In this document: in pieces, positions 38,370 through 48,598 of the stretch
Layout: each line of letters begins with the position of its first letter
Position numbering within the stretch: position 1 is the first letter of the stretch
Source of the DNA: Candidatus Omnitrophota bacterium
Lineage (GTDB): Bacteria > Omnitrophota > Gorgyraeia > Zapsychrales > Zapsychraceae
DNA length: 64,000 nucleotides
Direction: 5' to 3'
NCBI GenBank assembly: GCA_029261055.1
Contig: JAJDCA010000065.1
Span: 9,581 to 73,580, forward strand
Notes under the pieces: generated by a model
Told to the model about the DNA's origin: nothing
Databases searched by the model: none
What the model saw: only the letters and a program-made list of their open reading frames with translations
Position numbers and translations under genes: made by a program

Positions 38370-39121
38370 TTTGCTATCAACCAATCGTAACCTTTTTCTT
38401 CAACTTCTAAGGCTAAACTCTTATCACTGGATTTAATAATTCTCCCATCGTACAAAATATGAACAACATCCGGGACAATGTAATTGAGAAGCCGTTGGTA
38501 ATGAGTAATCACAAGCGAAGCATTTTCTTTCGTCTTAAGTTTGTTTACCCCGTCAGCCACAATACGCATGGAATCGATATCCAAACCGGAATCTGTTTCA
38601 TCAAGAACAGACATCTTAGGATTAAGGATGGCCATCTGAAGAATTTCATTCCGCTTTTTCTCTCCACCGGAGAAATCAACATTAACCGCACGATTAATAT
38701 ATTTATCATCCATTTCTAAAATTTTCATTTTAGAACGCAAATATTCATCAAAATCCAGAGGATCCATTTCCGATATTCCCTGTTGTTTACAGACTTCATT
38801 GAATGCGGCCCTTAAAAACGTCGCCATATTCACACCTGGAATCTCCACAGGGTATTGAAAGGCCAAAAACAACCCAATACGAGCGCGCTCTTCCGGTTCC
38901 ATCTCTAAAATATTTCTTTTCTTAAAATCAATCTCATAAATGATTTCCCCAGTCGTCACTTCATAGTCCGGATGACCGGCAATCACTTTCGATAAAGTAC
39001 TTTTGCCAGAACCATTTGGTCCCATAATCGCATGCACTTCACCTGCATTTATTTTTAGATCAATCCCTTTTAAAATTGGTATTCCGTCGATACCGGCATG
39101 TAAATTATTTATTTCTAGCAT
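38366..39121 (-). CDS. sufC: Fe-S cluster assembly ATPase
   Basis: GPNGSGKS, FQYPVEIPG, FSGGEKKRNE, DETDSGLD. Confidence 0.96.
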   Translation of the reverse strand: MLEINNLHAGIDGIPILKGIDLKINAGEVHAIMGPNGSGKSTLSKVIAGHPDYEVTTGEIIYEIDFKKRNILEMEPEERARIGLFLAFQYPVEIPGVNMATFLRAAFNEVCKQQGISEMDPLDFDEYLRSKMKILEMDDKYINRAVNVDFSGGEKKRNEILQMAILNPKMSVLDETDSGLDIDSMRIVADGVNKLKTKENASLVITHYQRLLNYIVPDVVHILYDGRIIKSSDKSLALEVEEKGYDWLIAK

Positions 39122-40617
39122 TATCCAACACTCCCTTCTAATTTCATTTCCAAAAGCCTCACTGCCTCGACGGCAAATTCCATGGGAAGCTCCTTAAAAA
39201 CTTCTTTACAAAATCCATTAATAATCAATGAAATCGCGCCTTCCATATCTAGACCACGCGACATCAGATAAAAAATTTGTTCAGCATTAATTTTTGAAGT
39301 CGATGCCTCATGCTCTAATGTGGCTGTTCTATTATTGACTTCAATGTACGGAAACGTATTCGCGCTACAATTATTACCCACTAACATTGAATCACATTGA
39401 GAATAATTCCGTGCGCCATCAGCAGAAGGAAGAATTTTGACCATCCCGCGGTAACTATTATTAGAATAATCCGTCGAGATACCTTTGGAAATAATCGTAC
39501 TGCTGGTATTCTTTCCAATATGGATCATCTTGGTCCCTGTGTCCGCTTCCATACGATGATTCGTGAGGGCTACAGAATAGAATTCACCTATGGAATTATC
39601 CCCTTTTAAAATCACACTGGGATACTTCCACGTAATCGCTGCACCAGCCTCAACCTGCGTCCAGGAAATCTTAGAACTTACACCGGCACATTTACCCCGC
39701 TTAGTCACAAAATTGTAAATACCGCCTTTACCGTCTTTATCACCGGCATACCAATTTTGAACGGTAGAATATTTTACCTCTGCTCGATCCAAAGCCACAA
39801 TTTCAACCACCGCGGCATGCAATTGATTCTCATCACGCATCGGTGCTGTACACCCTTCCAAATAACTCACATAACTATCATCTTCCGCTACAATCAATGT
39901 CCGCTCAAACTGACCGGACTCGGCGGCATTAATACGAAAATACGTCGACAATTCCAAAGGACTTCTCACTCCTTTAGGAATGTAACAAAAAGAACCGTCG
40001 CTAAAAACCGCCGCATTCAATGCCGCAAAATAATTATCTCCATAAGGAACCACAGAACCCAAATATTTTTTCACCAAATCCGGGTGATTTTTAATCGCTT
40101 CAGAAATAGAACAAAAAATAATCCCGACTTTCGCTAATTCATCTTTATGTGTTGTCCCGACGGATACACTGTCAAAAACCGCATCCACGGCCACACCGGA
40201 AAGACGCTTTTGTTCTGTCAAAGGAATGCCTAATTTATCAAAGGTCTTAACCAACTCCGGATCAACCTCATCCATACTTTTAGGGCCATCTTTTTTGACC
40301 TTCGGCGCATTGTAATAGCTGATTGCCTGATAATCGATCGGGCCATATTCAAAATTTGGCCAATGAGGTTCTTTCAATGTTTGCCAATGCCGAAATGCCT
40401 TAAGCCGCCAATTTAACATCCATTCCGGCTCTTGTTTCTTCTCAGAAATAAGTCTTACCGTATCTTCATTGAGGCCTTTGGCAATACGGTCCGTTTCGAC
40501 ATCCGACACAAAACCGTATTTATATTCCCGGCTGGATAGCGTATTTTCTTCAATGGTTTTCTCGTTTAATAATTTTTCTTCAACTGTTTTAGACATATCT
40601 TTATCTTTCTTCGTCAT
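39121..40617 (-). CDS. sufB: Fe-S cluster assembly protein SufB
   Basis: [38 protein letters not shown]. Confidence 0.97.
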   Translation of the reverse strand: MTKKDKDMSKTVEEKLLNEKTIEENTLSSREYKYGFVSDVETDRIAKGLNEDTVRLISEKKQEPEWMLNWRLKAFRHWQTLKEPHWPNFEYGPIDYQAISYYNAPKVKKDGPKSMDEVDPELVKTFDKLGIPLTEQKRLSGVAVDAVFDSVSVGTTHKDELAKVGIIFCSISEAIKNHPDLVKKYLGSVVPYGDNYFAALNAAVFSDGSFCYIPKGVRSPLELSTYFRINAAESGQFERTLIVAEDDSYVSYLEGCTAPMRDENQLHAAVVEIVALDRAEVKYSTVQNWYAGDKDGKGGIYNFVTKRGKCAGVSSKISWTQVEAGAAITWKYPSVILKGDNSIGEFYSVALTNHRMEADTGTKMIHIGKNTSSTIISKGISTDYSNNSYRGMVKILPSADGARNYSQCDSMLVGNNCSANTFPYIEVNNRTATLEHEASTSKINAEQIFYLMSRGLDMEGAISLIINGFCKEVFKELPMEFAVEAVRLLEMKLEGSVG

Positions 40618-41081
40618 TTTACGGCAGCCGATTCTTTGGCTTGCTTTTTACGAATGCCCTTTTCCCCTTGATGTTTAGCTGCAATCAAGTCGGTCACCGT
40701 AATTGTGTGAAACAAAGAATTAATACGTTCATTTAAATTCAGCATCGGGGCAATAATATGACAATTCGTCGATATTTCACAATGCGAATAATCTCCATGA
40801 AAACAATTTACAATCTCAATTGGCCCGATGAGCATATCCGAAAGCTCTTTCATCGTCACCTTTTCCAAACTCTTAACAATCTGGTACCCTCCATGAGCGC
40901 CTTGTTCAGCTTGTAATATTCCGTGCTGCGTCATAATTTGTAAAACACGCGAAGTCGGATCAAAAGGCGTTTGATAAATATCACAAATTTCCTTGGCCGA
41001 AGTCAATTGCCCCGGTATCTTTGCGCTCATATGTTTGAGAGCAATTAATGCATATTCGATTTTTCGATTAACCTTAAACAT
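40614..41081 (-). CDS. Rrf2 family regulator (three Cys, IscR/SufR-like)
   Basis: GAHGGY wing motif; C-x7-C-x5-C; immediately upstream of sufB. Confidence 0.88.
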   Translation of the reverse strand: MFKVNRKIEYALIALKHMSAKIPGQLTSAKEICDIYQTPFDPTSRVLQIMTQHGILQAEQGAHGGYQIVKSLEKVTMKELSDMLIGPIEIVNCFHGDYSHCEISTNCHIIAPMLNLNERINSLFHTITVTDLIAAKHQGEKGIRKKQAKESAAVK

Positions 41082-41082
41082 A

Positions 41083-41439
41083 CTACTCCTTTAACTCAAC
41101 AGGTATTTCATTAATCTTAGCCGCAACAATAAAATCATTCTTAGATAAACCACCGATAGCATGCGTACTCAAATCAATACGCAAGCGTCGGTATCCTTCC
41201 AGATGAATATCCGGATGATGGTTTTCTGATGCCGCAATTTTGGCAATTTGATTAACACAATTTACCGCAGTCACAAAATCTTTCATAAAATACGTACGCG
41301 AAATCATTTTTGCCTGTTCATCTATTTGCCATCCGGGGACATTGCGGAGAAATTCCTCAACCTCTGTTGAACTTAAAGGTTGTGTCGTCCCCTCACAGGG
41401 CTCACACTTATGCTGGCTTAATGAACTGACCTTGCTCAT
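41083..41439 (-). CDS. pterin-4-alpha-carbinolamine dehydratase
   Basis: CEPCEG, ENHHPDI, THAIGGLS.NDFIVAAKI. Confidence 0.88.
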   Translation of the reverse strand: MSKVSSLSQHKCEPCEGTTQPLSSTEVEEFLRNVPGWQIDEQAKMISRTYFMKDFVTAVNCVNQIAKIAASENHHPDIHLEGYRRLRIDLSTHAIGGLSKNDFIVAAKINEIPVELKE

Positions 41440-41455
41440 AACTCTCTCCCCTAGC

Positions 41456-42031
41456 CTATTCTGGAATAGGATCTCCTAATTCCACCGTGACATCCGGATT
41501 AAACTGCTCTTTTAAAATATTCTCAATCGCGTACATCGTGCCCATCGTCGAACTTGGACAAGTTCCACAGGCGCCTTGGTAAAAAATCTTCACCTTATTA
41601 TCCTGATATTCCAATACCTGCACATCTCCACCGTCCATCTGAAGGGCCGGACGGATCGTCTGATCCAACACGGTATTAATCTTGTCTAAATCCGGGCTGG
41701 ACGCAACCGCAGGTTTCTTGGCTTGATCCGTAACAGGAAGGGTAAAATCCGGATTATGTGCGTCGATTTTGTCTAAAATAACAGCCCGGGTATTTTGTTC
41801 CAGTTCATCCCAATCACCGCTACCATCCTGCGTAACTGTAATGTAATTGTCAAAAAAATACACCTCACTCACAAAGGCCCCAATCTCAAATACCGCCTTC
41901 GCCAAAGCATTTTCCTCACATTCCTCCGCTGACTTGTAAGTAACATTCCCTTCTGTCTTAACCGATTTATTTAAGACAAATTTCAACGCATTTGGGTTGG
42001 GTGTACTCTGAATCATTAATTGTGTATCCAT
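41456..42031 (-). CDS. Nfu/NifU-family Fe-S carrier (Nfu_N + NifU_C)
   Basis: TPNPNALKF, IRPALQMDGGD, GACGTCPSS. Confidence 0.9.
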   Translation of the reverse strand: MDTQLMIQSTPNPNALKFVLNKSVKTEGNVTYKSAEECEENALAKAVFEIGAFVSEVYFFDNYITVTQDGSGDWDELEQNTRAVILDKIDAHNPDFTLPVTDQAKKPAVASSPDLDKINTVLDQTIRPALQMDGGDVQVLEYQDNKVKIFYQGACGTCPSSTMGTMYAIENILKEQFNPDVTVELGDPIPE

Positions 42032-42142
42032 ATTATTTCTCCTCTTAAAACGTTATCACAATAAGTCTCTCTACTTCAAGTATACTACACAAAGCTTAAT
42101 AAATGTCAACAAATACTTCATAAAATAACTTATTTAAAAACC

Positions 42143-42595
42143 TTAATCTAAAAAGGCTGCGAGAGATTTACGGAAAAGCTTGAGACCATCACCGGGAACA
42201 ACAATAGGAAAAGAAACTAAATTTTTAATACCTGTTTTCATAAAATCCCTGGTATTCCATGTGACAAAAGCATCACTATTAGAAAGGTGGGCTGAACATA
42301 AAATAGCAGCATCTGCGAAAGGAAGAATTTTCTTAAAACGCTTTACTTGTGCCTGCGTTGGTTCGGAAGCAATTTCAGGTGCAATATTTTTCCAAAGCTT
42401 ACGACTTTCTTCAACAATATCAGGAAACTTACGACTTAAAACATTATCAGACTCAATAATCACTCTTTCAGAAACAACCATTTGAATACTGCCGTATTCT
42501 GCTAGTTGAATTAATTCTCCTGCTGCTCCTTTGGGTGACAATAAAGCCGCAACATACACGCTTGTATCAAAAAACATTCGGTATCGAGCAACCAT
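42143..42595 (-). CDS. PIN-domain (VapC-like) toxin
   Basis: FFDTSVY, D..IL, FVTWNTRDF; downstream of AbrB-type gene. Confidence 0.82.
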   Translation of the reverse strand: MVARYRMFFDTSVYVAALLSPKGAAGELIQLAEYGSIQMVVSERVIIESDNVLSRKFPDIVEESRKLWKNIAPEIASEPTQAQVKRFKKILPFADAAILCSAHLSNSDAFVTWNTRDFMKTGIKNLVSFPIVVPGDGLKLFRKSLAAFLD

Positions 42596-42599
42596 AAAA

Positions 42600-42836
42600 T
42601 TATTGCTTTCGAATTTCTTTTAGATCTTTTAGAAGACTCTTCAAACTAATAGAATCTTTTTGAGCTTGTTTGGAAAATTTACCCGAAACCGACTCAAATA
42701 AGGATTTTTTTGATGTCAAAATAATAGAGTCCCCGACTTTAGCAACAGACAGCACAGAATCTTTTGAAATATGCAATGCCTCCCGAATACTCGAGGGAAT
42801 TGTAATTTGTCCTTTATCACGAACGCGCGTTAGCAT
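42600..42836 (-). CDS. AbrB/MazE/SpoVT family antitoxin
   Basis: KGQITIP..IREAL.I motif. Confidence 0.85.
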   Translation of the reverse strand: MLTRVRDKGQITIPSSIREALHISKDSVLSVAKVGDSIILTSKKSLFESVSGKFSKQAQKDSISLKSLLKDLKEIRKQ

Positions 42837-42847
42837 AAAAACCCTCC

Positions 42848-42879
42848 TTTTCCTATTTTCCTACTATTTCCTATTTTCC
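42848..42879. promoter_or_regulatory. direct repeats upstream of the TA pair, probable autorepression operator
   Basis: TTTTCCTA-TTTTCCTA-CTA-TTTCCTA-TTTTCC next to the RBS. Confidence 0.45.
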
Positions 42880-42919
42880 AACTTAATAATAACATGAAAA
42901 TACAGTTGTTGCAAATTTT

Positions 42920-44740
42920 TCATTTCATAACACAGCTTGTGTTAAACGTTTTCATCATGAGTTCTGTAGTTTCCGGCTGATCTTTCAAATATTGAATGAT
43001 GGCATTCACTCCTACCCGACGGTGATAAACCCCCATGCTTTCATTATTTTGTGCATTGGTTTTGTAATATTTAAACAGGGCATCGATGACTATCGGCACT
43101 TTGTCGCGTTCCACCGATCGTAAATACATTAACTGACCATCGGTAGAAATAAGCGGTTGGCCCTGGTGACGACCGGATTCATCACCCATCAACTTAAACT
43201 GGTAGCGATTGAGGCCTGAACCGACGAGTCCGATAGTCTTGGTGGCTGGACGGAAACATTGTCGTTCACAGCCTGTGACACCGATAGATTCTGCCATGTC
43301 GCCCCAACCCATTTTCTCAAGCTCATCCATTAGGTAGGGCTCATATTTTTCTGAATCTGTGTATGCCAGCCGGCAAGTATCCCGCCCCACACACGCTCCA
43401 GAAGACAAACGCAAGGCCGAATAATCTTTACCATTTCTCTGGCCATATCCAAAATTTTTGACATCCGCTTCAAACACATCCTTAACATCAGCAGGAATAT
43501 TTGTAAAAAGAATATCTTGATTCGGTGTAACCATAAGCTCAACCGAATATTTTTTCATCATTGCACGAATCATCGTCTTTAGCTGACCGTTGGGACTATT
43601 ATCCGTGATACGGCCATTTTCAATAAAAACGCCGTACACCCAAAGGCCATTACTTAGCTGAACATGCCATCCAAAATGCAGGTGACGTTGTCCATAATCG
43701 TGATTTAATTCTGGCTGCCCCAGCTCAAAACCTACAATCTCTTGAACCTGTTCACGACACCACTCAATACCCTTACTTTTTATCAAATATTTAAATCGCG
43801 CCCAATGACGATTCTGTCGATCACCCCACCCCTGTTGCACCTGGACAACCGCATCCAAAATTTTCAAAATCTGCTCTTCAGACACCATGGCCAACGGTTG
43901 ACCTAACGTAGCCATAGCGGGCTTACCGTTGCGCTCCCCTTGTCCTCCACCGACATAAATTTGAAACCACTCAACTTTATCATTTTCAATAACAGGGGCG
44001 ACAGACAAATCATGCGTTAAAAGTTCAACACAATTATCCGGTATTAATTTACCGGTTTGCGGATCACGATGAACACTTGAAAAAGCGATCTTAAATTTTC
44101 GGTTCAATAAATTCGGCCCATATGAAAAAGACTCCTCTGGCTTACGCACATGATTTGGATCAATCGCAAAAATTTGAATGTACGGTTCTACAGGAAGCTG
44201 AAAATAATCGGTCACCTTTTGTGCCCACGCATGCGTATTAAAAACATCAGAATGCCGGGACAAAGGACACGTCATCACGTTACGCGTATTGTCGCCGCAA
44301 CCATTGATACTGTAAAAACCGGCTTCCGCCAACGCTCTTACGATCTTAAGCACGTCTGGCTTTTGGACCCAATGAAACTGAATCGTCTGTCGCGTTGTCA
44401 AACGTAGCGATGAATGCCCTTGCGGATCAATAGCAAACTGTTCCGACAACTCATCAAAAACCAACCACTGCTCTCTGGTAATCGGTCCACCGCCAGGATT
44501 ACAAATACGCAACAAATACACCCACTCTTTTTCCGTACCTGTCGGAGCCCGATTAAATTCCAGATAAATACCGTACGATTTGGCCAATTGCTCCGATTCC
44601 CAGGCAATATCCGACTTTTGCAAATCCTGCCAATCCCCAGCCAAATTACCCCGAATCCCGTTGGAATTTAACTTATTTATTTCTTCCTTGCAATAATCTG
44701 CCTGAGGTGTTTTGAAATTAGGTGTGAATGGCTTTTTCAT
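42920..44740 (-). CDS. siroheme nitrite/sulfite reductase hemoprotein
   Basis: RLTTRQTIQFH, CGDNTRNV, RKFKIA, C-x5-C and GC-x3-C ligands. Confidence 0.9.
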   Translation of the reverse strand: MKKPFTPNFKTPQADYCKEEINKLNSNGIRGNLAGDWQDLQKSDIAWESEQLAKSYGIYLEFNRAPTGTEKEWVYLLRICNPGGGPITREQWLVFDELSEQFAIDPQGHSSLRLTTRQTIQFHWVQKPDVLKIVRALAEAGFYSINGCGDNTRNVMTCPLSRHSDVFNTHAWAQKVTDYFQLPVEPYIQIFAIDPNHVRKPEESFSYGPNLLNRKFKIAFSSVHRDPQTGKLIPDNCVELLTHDLSVAPVIENDKVEWFQIYVGGGQGERNGKPAMATLGQPLAMVSEEQILKILDAVVQVQQGWGDRQNRHWARFKYLIKSKGIEWCREQVQEIVGFELGQPELNHDYGQRHLHFGWHVQLSNGLWVYGVFIENGRITDNSPNGQLKTMIRAMMKKYSVELMVTPNQDILFTNIPADVKDVFEADVKNFGYGQRNGKDYSALRLSSGACVGRDTCRLAYTDSEKYEPYLMDELEKMGWGDMAESIGVTGCERQCFRPATKTIGLVGSGLNRYQFKLMGDESGRHQGQPLISTDGQLMYLRSVERDKVPIVIDALFKYYKTNAQNNESMGVYHRRVGVNAIIQYLKDQPETTELMMKTFNTSCVMK

Positions 44741-44815
44741 TTTTTTAATACCTTACTTTACATAAATTCGACATATGTATTACCCTTGCGCCATTCAAAT
44801 ATGTACTGCTCAACG

Positions 44816-46015
44816 TTAAACGTCAAGATATTTTTTAGCCACATACTCTGCAAAGGGAAAAGAGCAGGTAAAGGCGGGGGAAACGGCGTTGAGGATGTGG
44901 ATGCTGGTGGCATCGCCTTCGACTACAAAGTCTTGGACGAGTTTCATGTGTTTTTTGTCTAATAATTGGGCGCGAATGCCGGGCCTCGTAAATTCTGTAA
45001 ATCCTTGAGGATCAATATGCCGAACCATTTTTTGCGCCAGGCCGACAAAATAGGCCTTGCGGTATTTTTTCATTTCTTCAATAGCTAAATTGCGAAAGCC
45101 AAAGGCATTGGTTAAAAATAATTTGGCTTCTTGCCATACAATCTGCGTCAATTCGTCAACCTTAAAATTATCTAACCCCTCATAATTTTCCCGCCAAAAA
45201 GCCGGGATGGCGGTTGGGCCAATTTTAATATCCCCATGAACGGTCTTTGTAAAATGCACACCCAAAAAAGGATTTTTCAAATTTGGCACGGGATAAATAT
45301 TAATTTTCACATCTGTTTTATTTTTGGTATATTTCAAATACAAGCCTTTAAACGGAATGATCGTGTAACGCTGGCCAAAACCAAAATCATTGGCAATTTT
45401 TTCAGCATAAAGCCCGGAACAATTAATAATTTTATCCGCCTGAAAATCACCGGTCGTCGTTTGAATCCCGTGAGAGCCACATCGATGCAGATACTTTGAA
45501 TCAAATTGAAACGCTACCCCGGCCTGTATCAAATCTTCCTTCAGGGCGCGGCAGACTTCCACCGGATCCACACTAGCGGTGTCCGGAGAATAAAGGGCTT
45601 TTTTGTAAGTCTTAACATTAGGATCTATTTCACAAGCCTGAGCTTCGCTCATCATCTCTACATTCGACCCATTGCGTCGCCCACGCTTCTCCAATTCGTA
45701 CAGCCCAGCTAACTCTTCCTCATCATTCGCCACAACTAACTTACCGCAGGCATTCACCGAAATATTCTTTTCTTTACAATATTGTTTTAAAGCCTTGTTT
45801 CCCTCAACCGTAAACTGCGCCTTAAAACTATCCGCCGCGTAATAAAATCCGGCATGTAAAACACCACTATTACGCCCCGAAGCATGCGCCGCTTCTTTTT
45901 TTTCTTTATCAATAATCAAAATCTTTGCATTGGGCTGCGTCTTTTTGAGCTCACGCGCGATCGCCAAACCGATGATACCAGATCCAATAATGATGTATTG
46001 ATATTTAGAAGTCAT
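44816..46015 (-). CDS. lhgO: L-2-hydroxyglutarate oxidase
   Basis: GSGIIG, SGRNSGVLHAG, IYPVP...PFLGVHFT, GIRAQ, NAVSPAFT. Confidence 0.88.
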   Translation of the reverse strand: MTSKYQYIIIGSGIIGLAIARELKKTQPNAKILIIDKEKKEAAHASGRNSGVLHAGFYYAADSFKAQFTVEGNKALKQYCKEKNISVNACGKLVVANDEEELAGLYELEKRGRRNGSNVEMMSEAQACEIDPNVKTYKKALYSPDTASVDPVEVCRALKEDLIQAGVAFQFDSKYLHRCGSHGIQTTTGDFQADKIINCSGLYAEKIANDFGFGQRYTIIPFKGLYLKYTKNKTDVKINIYPVPNLKNPFLGVHFTKTVHGDIKIGPTAIPAFWRENYEGLDNFKVDELTQIVWQEAKLFLTNAFGFRNLAIEEMKKYRKAYFVGLAQKMVRHIDPQGFTEFTRPGIRAQLLDKKHMKLVQDFVVEGDATSIHILNAVSPAFTCSFPFAEYVAKKYLDV

Positions 46016-46066
46016 TTTGCTATTATTGTTTTTTTAACAAACCTGTAACCATTGAAGGAGGTTTTT

Positions 46067-46291
46067 ATGAGTGACAATAATCACCCTTATGTTCAAGAAA
46101 TGGAACCCGGTAAATATGCCTGGTGTTCCTGTGGTAAATCACAAAACGAACCATTTTGTGACGGCGCCCACAAAGGGTCTGACTTAGCCCCTATCGTCGT
46201 TGAAATAACCGAAAAACAAAAAGTTGCCTGGTGCGGATGCAAAAAAAGTAAGAATGCGCCTTACTGCGATGGAAGCCATAGTCAACTTTAA
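46067..46291 (+). CDS. double-CDGSH [2Fe-2S] protein 1
   Basis: WCSCGKS..PFCDGAH and WCGCK...PYCDGSH; AAGGAGG RBS. Confidence 0.9.
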   Translation: MSDNNHPYVQEMEPGKYAWCSCGKSQNEPFCDGAHKGSDLAPIVVEITEKQKVAWCGCKKSKNAPYCDGSHSQL

Positions 46292-46293
46292 AA

Positions 46294-46542
46294 ATGTCCA
46301 AAAAAAAATTTCCACACGCTCAAAATGCCCCGTTTGTCCTGGAAATGAAACCCGGACGATATGCCTGGTGCTCCTGTGGCGAATCTCAAAAACAACCTTT
46401 TTGCGACGGTCGCCACGGGGAAACCGGCATGTACCCTGTCATTGAAGAAATCACTGAAACAAAAACCATTACCTGGTGCGGATGCAAATGTAGCGAAAAA
46501 GGCGCCTTTTGTGATGGATCGCATGTAAAAAGAGGTACGTGA
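46294..46542 (+). CDS. double-CDGSH [2Fe-2S] protein 2
   Basis: WCSCGES..PFCDGRH and WCGCK...FCDGSH. Confidence 0.9.
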   Translation: MSKKKFPHAQNAPFVLEMKPGRYAWCSCGESQKQPFCDGRHGETGMYPVIEEITETKTITWCGCKCSEKGAFCDGSHVKRGT

Positions 46543-46546
46543 TCCG

Positions 46547-46726
46547 TTATTTAAAAAACTTATCCCCCACCGCCCAATTCTCCCCGGAAACTTCATCAAT
46601 CACCAAATACGTATGCTCTTTAGGTTTATTCGCAACGTTTAAAAGCGTATCGGAAAATTGTTTAGCGATTTCATCCTTCTGTTCGCTGGTAAGCGTCCCC
46701 ACAAGTTTCAAATTAATGTATGGCAT
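46547..46726 (-). CDS. 4-oxalocrotonate tautomerase family protein (59 aa, below the ORF-track cut-off)
   Basis: MPYINLKLVGTLTSEQKDEIAKQFSDTLLNVANKPKEHTYLVIDEVSGENWAVGDKFFK; Pro-1, ENW.VG motif, AAGGAG RBS. Confidence 0.88.
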   Translation of the reverse strand: MPYINLKLVGTLTSEQKDEIAKQFSDTLLNVANKPKEHTYLVIDEVSGENWAVGDKFFK

Positions 46727-46744
46727 TCATGTCTCCTTTATTTA

Positions 46745-46885
46745 AAGAAGCAGAGGTGCAAGAGACAAGATGCAGAGAAAAAAACAAAAAATTAATTAAT
46801 TTTTTTACTTCTCTACCTCTTACTTCTCTGCTTCTTACCTCTCTACTTCTTGCCTCTCTGCATCTTGCATCTCTACTTCTTTACC
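46745..46885. repeat. bipartite degenerate 7-8-mer repeat element, copy 2
   Basis: About 4 purine units, A/T spacer, about 10 T[AG]C[TCA]TCT(C) units. Confidence 0.8.
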
Positions 46886-46887
46886 CC

Positions 46888-47472
46888 CTACTTCCCCCTC
46901 TCCAACAAATACACGCCTGCATTAGCAAATAAATTTGGCCTGACTAAAACTTTTTTATTCCCCACAATACCGATTTCTTGCAAAATTTTTATGCTATTGT
47001 CCCGGCAAAAATAACGAAAATCTTTTAGACTTAAAAATCGCAAGTTAGGCGTATCGTACCATTGGTAAGGCAGTTCTTTGGTAATCGGCACACGACCGCG
47101 AAAGAAAATTTGAAACCGGGCACGAATGTGGGTGAAATTCGGAATAACAACAATAACCTTTTTCCCGACACGAAACGATTCTAGAATTACTCTCCGTGGA
47201 TTAAGCACCTGCTGAAGACTTTCACTTAAAATAACGTAATCAAACCGTTTATTCGAATAATCCGCCAACCCTGAATCAATATTTTCATGGGATACCGTCA
47301 AGCCTTTGGCAATACATTCGTAAATGGCTTTTTCATCCAATTCAATACCTGTACCGGTACAACTTTTCTCTTTAATAAGCAGCGCCAACAGACTTCCGTC
47401 TCCGCAGCCAAGATCAAGCAGTTTGGACTGTGGCTTAACAAAATCTAAAATAATTTTATGATCTAATCTCAC
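46888..47472 (-). CDS. metW: methionine biosynthesis protein MetW
   Basis: LDLGCGDG, LPYQWYDTPNL; directly after metX. Confidence 0.92.
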   Translation of the reverse strand: MRLDHKIILDFVKPQSKLLDLGCGDGSLLALLIKEKSCTGTGIELDEKAIYECIAKGLTVSHENIDSGLADYSNKRFDYVILSESLQQVLNPRRVILESFRVGKKVIVVIPNFTHIRARFQIFFRGRVPITKELPYQWYDTPNLRFLSLKDFRYFCRDNSIKILQEIGIVGNKKVLVRPNLFANAGVYLLERGK

Positions 47473-48596
47473 TAAATTTTAGCTCTCTTTAAAAAAGGTC
47501 GAACAAGCTTGGTTAACCCTTCGGCTTCAACCAAAAAAGCATCGTGCCCATAATCACTATTAATGACGATGTCCGAAACATCCAAATCATTTACTTTTAA
47601 AGCCTTAACCATTTGTTTGGATTGATACGTCGGATACAGCCAATCTGATGTAAATGATACAATCAAAAACTTTGCCTTGGCTCTGGAAAATGATTTGGAT
47701 AAACTCCCATCTTCTGCCATGTCAAAATAATCCAAGGCCTTGGAAAGATACAAATAAGAATTTGCGTCAAAACGCTGCACAAAGGTATCACTTCTGTACT
47801 TCAAATAACTTTCTACCTGAAAATCTTGGTTAAAATCATACCCAAGCCGCTCTTTACTAATAAGTTTACGACCAAACTTTTCTTCCATGGATTTATCGCT
47901 CATGTACGTGATGTGACCGACCATACGCGAAAGGGCCAAACCACGTGCTGGAATAGACTTGCCGTAGTAATCGCCATTGTGCCAATCCGGATCCCCCATA
48001 ATGGCCTGACGCGCCACTTCATGCAAAGCAATTTGCTGAGCGGTGTGCCGTGTGTTGGCCGCAATGACAATAACCGAAGCCGTTGTCTCCGGATACATCA
48101 CCGACCATTTCAGGGCTTGTAAACCACCCATGGAACCACCGGCTGTACACACTAATTTTTTAATACCCATATGGTCGATCAATAATTTCTGCGCACTGAC
48201 CATATCGCCAATCGTCACAAACGGAAAACTTAACCCATAAGGTTTACCTGTTTTAGGATCAATAGAGGCTGGACCGGTACTTCCCTTACACCCACCAATC
48301 ACATTGACGCTAATAAGAAAATATTTATCCGTATCAAAGGCCTTTCCCGGCCCGATCATCTTGTCCCACCAGCCAGGTTTTTTATCGCCTTCATGAAATC
48401 CCGCGGCATGCGCATCGCTGGTTAAAGTATGAAAAATAAGAATGGCATTAGATTTATTTTGATTAAGTTCGCCGTAGGTTTCATAGGCGAGGGTGATAGG
48501 CCCCAACTTTTCGCCGCTCTCTAAACGCAACTCATTAGGCTGTTCACAAAACGTGATGGTCTGGGTTGTAATAATATCTTGATTGTTAAAAGGCAT
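47472..48596 (-). CDS. metX: homoserine O-acetyltransferase
   Basis: YETYG, GWW..MIGPGK, GGSMGG, RFDANSY, GHDAFL. Confidence 0.93.
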   Translation of the reverse strand: MPFNNQDIITTQTITFCEQPNELRLESGEKLGPITLAYETYGELNQNKSNAILIFHTLTSDAHAAGFHEGDKKPGWWDKMIGPGKAFDTDKYFLISVNVIGGCKGSTGPASIDPKTGKPYGLSFPFVTIGDMVSAQKLLIDHMGIKKLVCTAGGSMGGLQALKWSVMYPETTASVIVIAANTRHTAQQIALHEVARQAIMGDPDWHNGDYYGKSIPARGLALSRMVGHITYMSDKSMEEKFGRKLISKERLGYDFNQDFQVESYLKYRSDTFVQRFDANSYLYLSKALDYFDMAEDGSLSKSFSRAKAKFLIVSFTSDWLYPTYQSKQMVKALKVNDLDVSDIVINSDYGHDAFLVEAEGLTKLVRPFLKRAKI

Positions 48597-48598
48597 AA

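Noticed and set aside
39700-39720. GTCACAAAATTGT in sufB resembling the ORF6N palindrome core
   Set aside because: Short partial match encoding the conserved SufB YNFVTK motif; likely chance.
42072-42084. TACTTCAAGTATA shared with about 27328-27340
   Set aside because: Best explained as a sigma70 -10 box (TATACT) plus downstream bases on the minus strand, not a specific operator.
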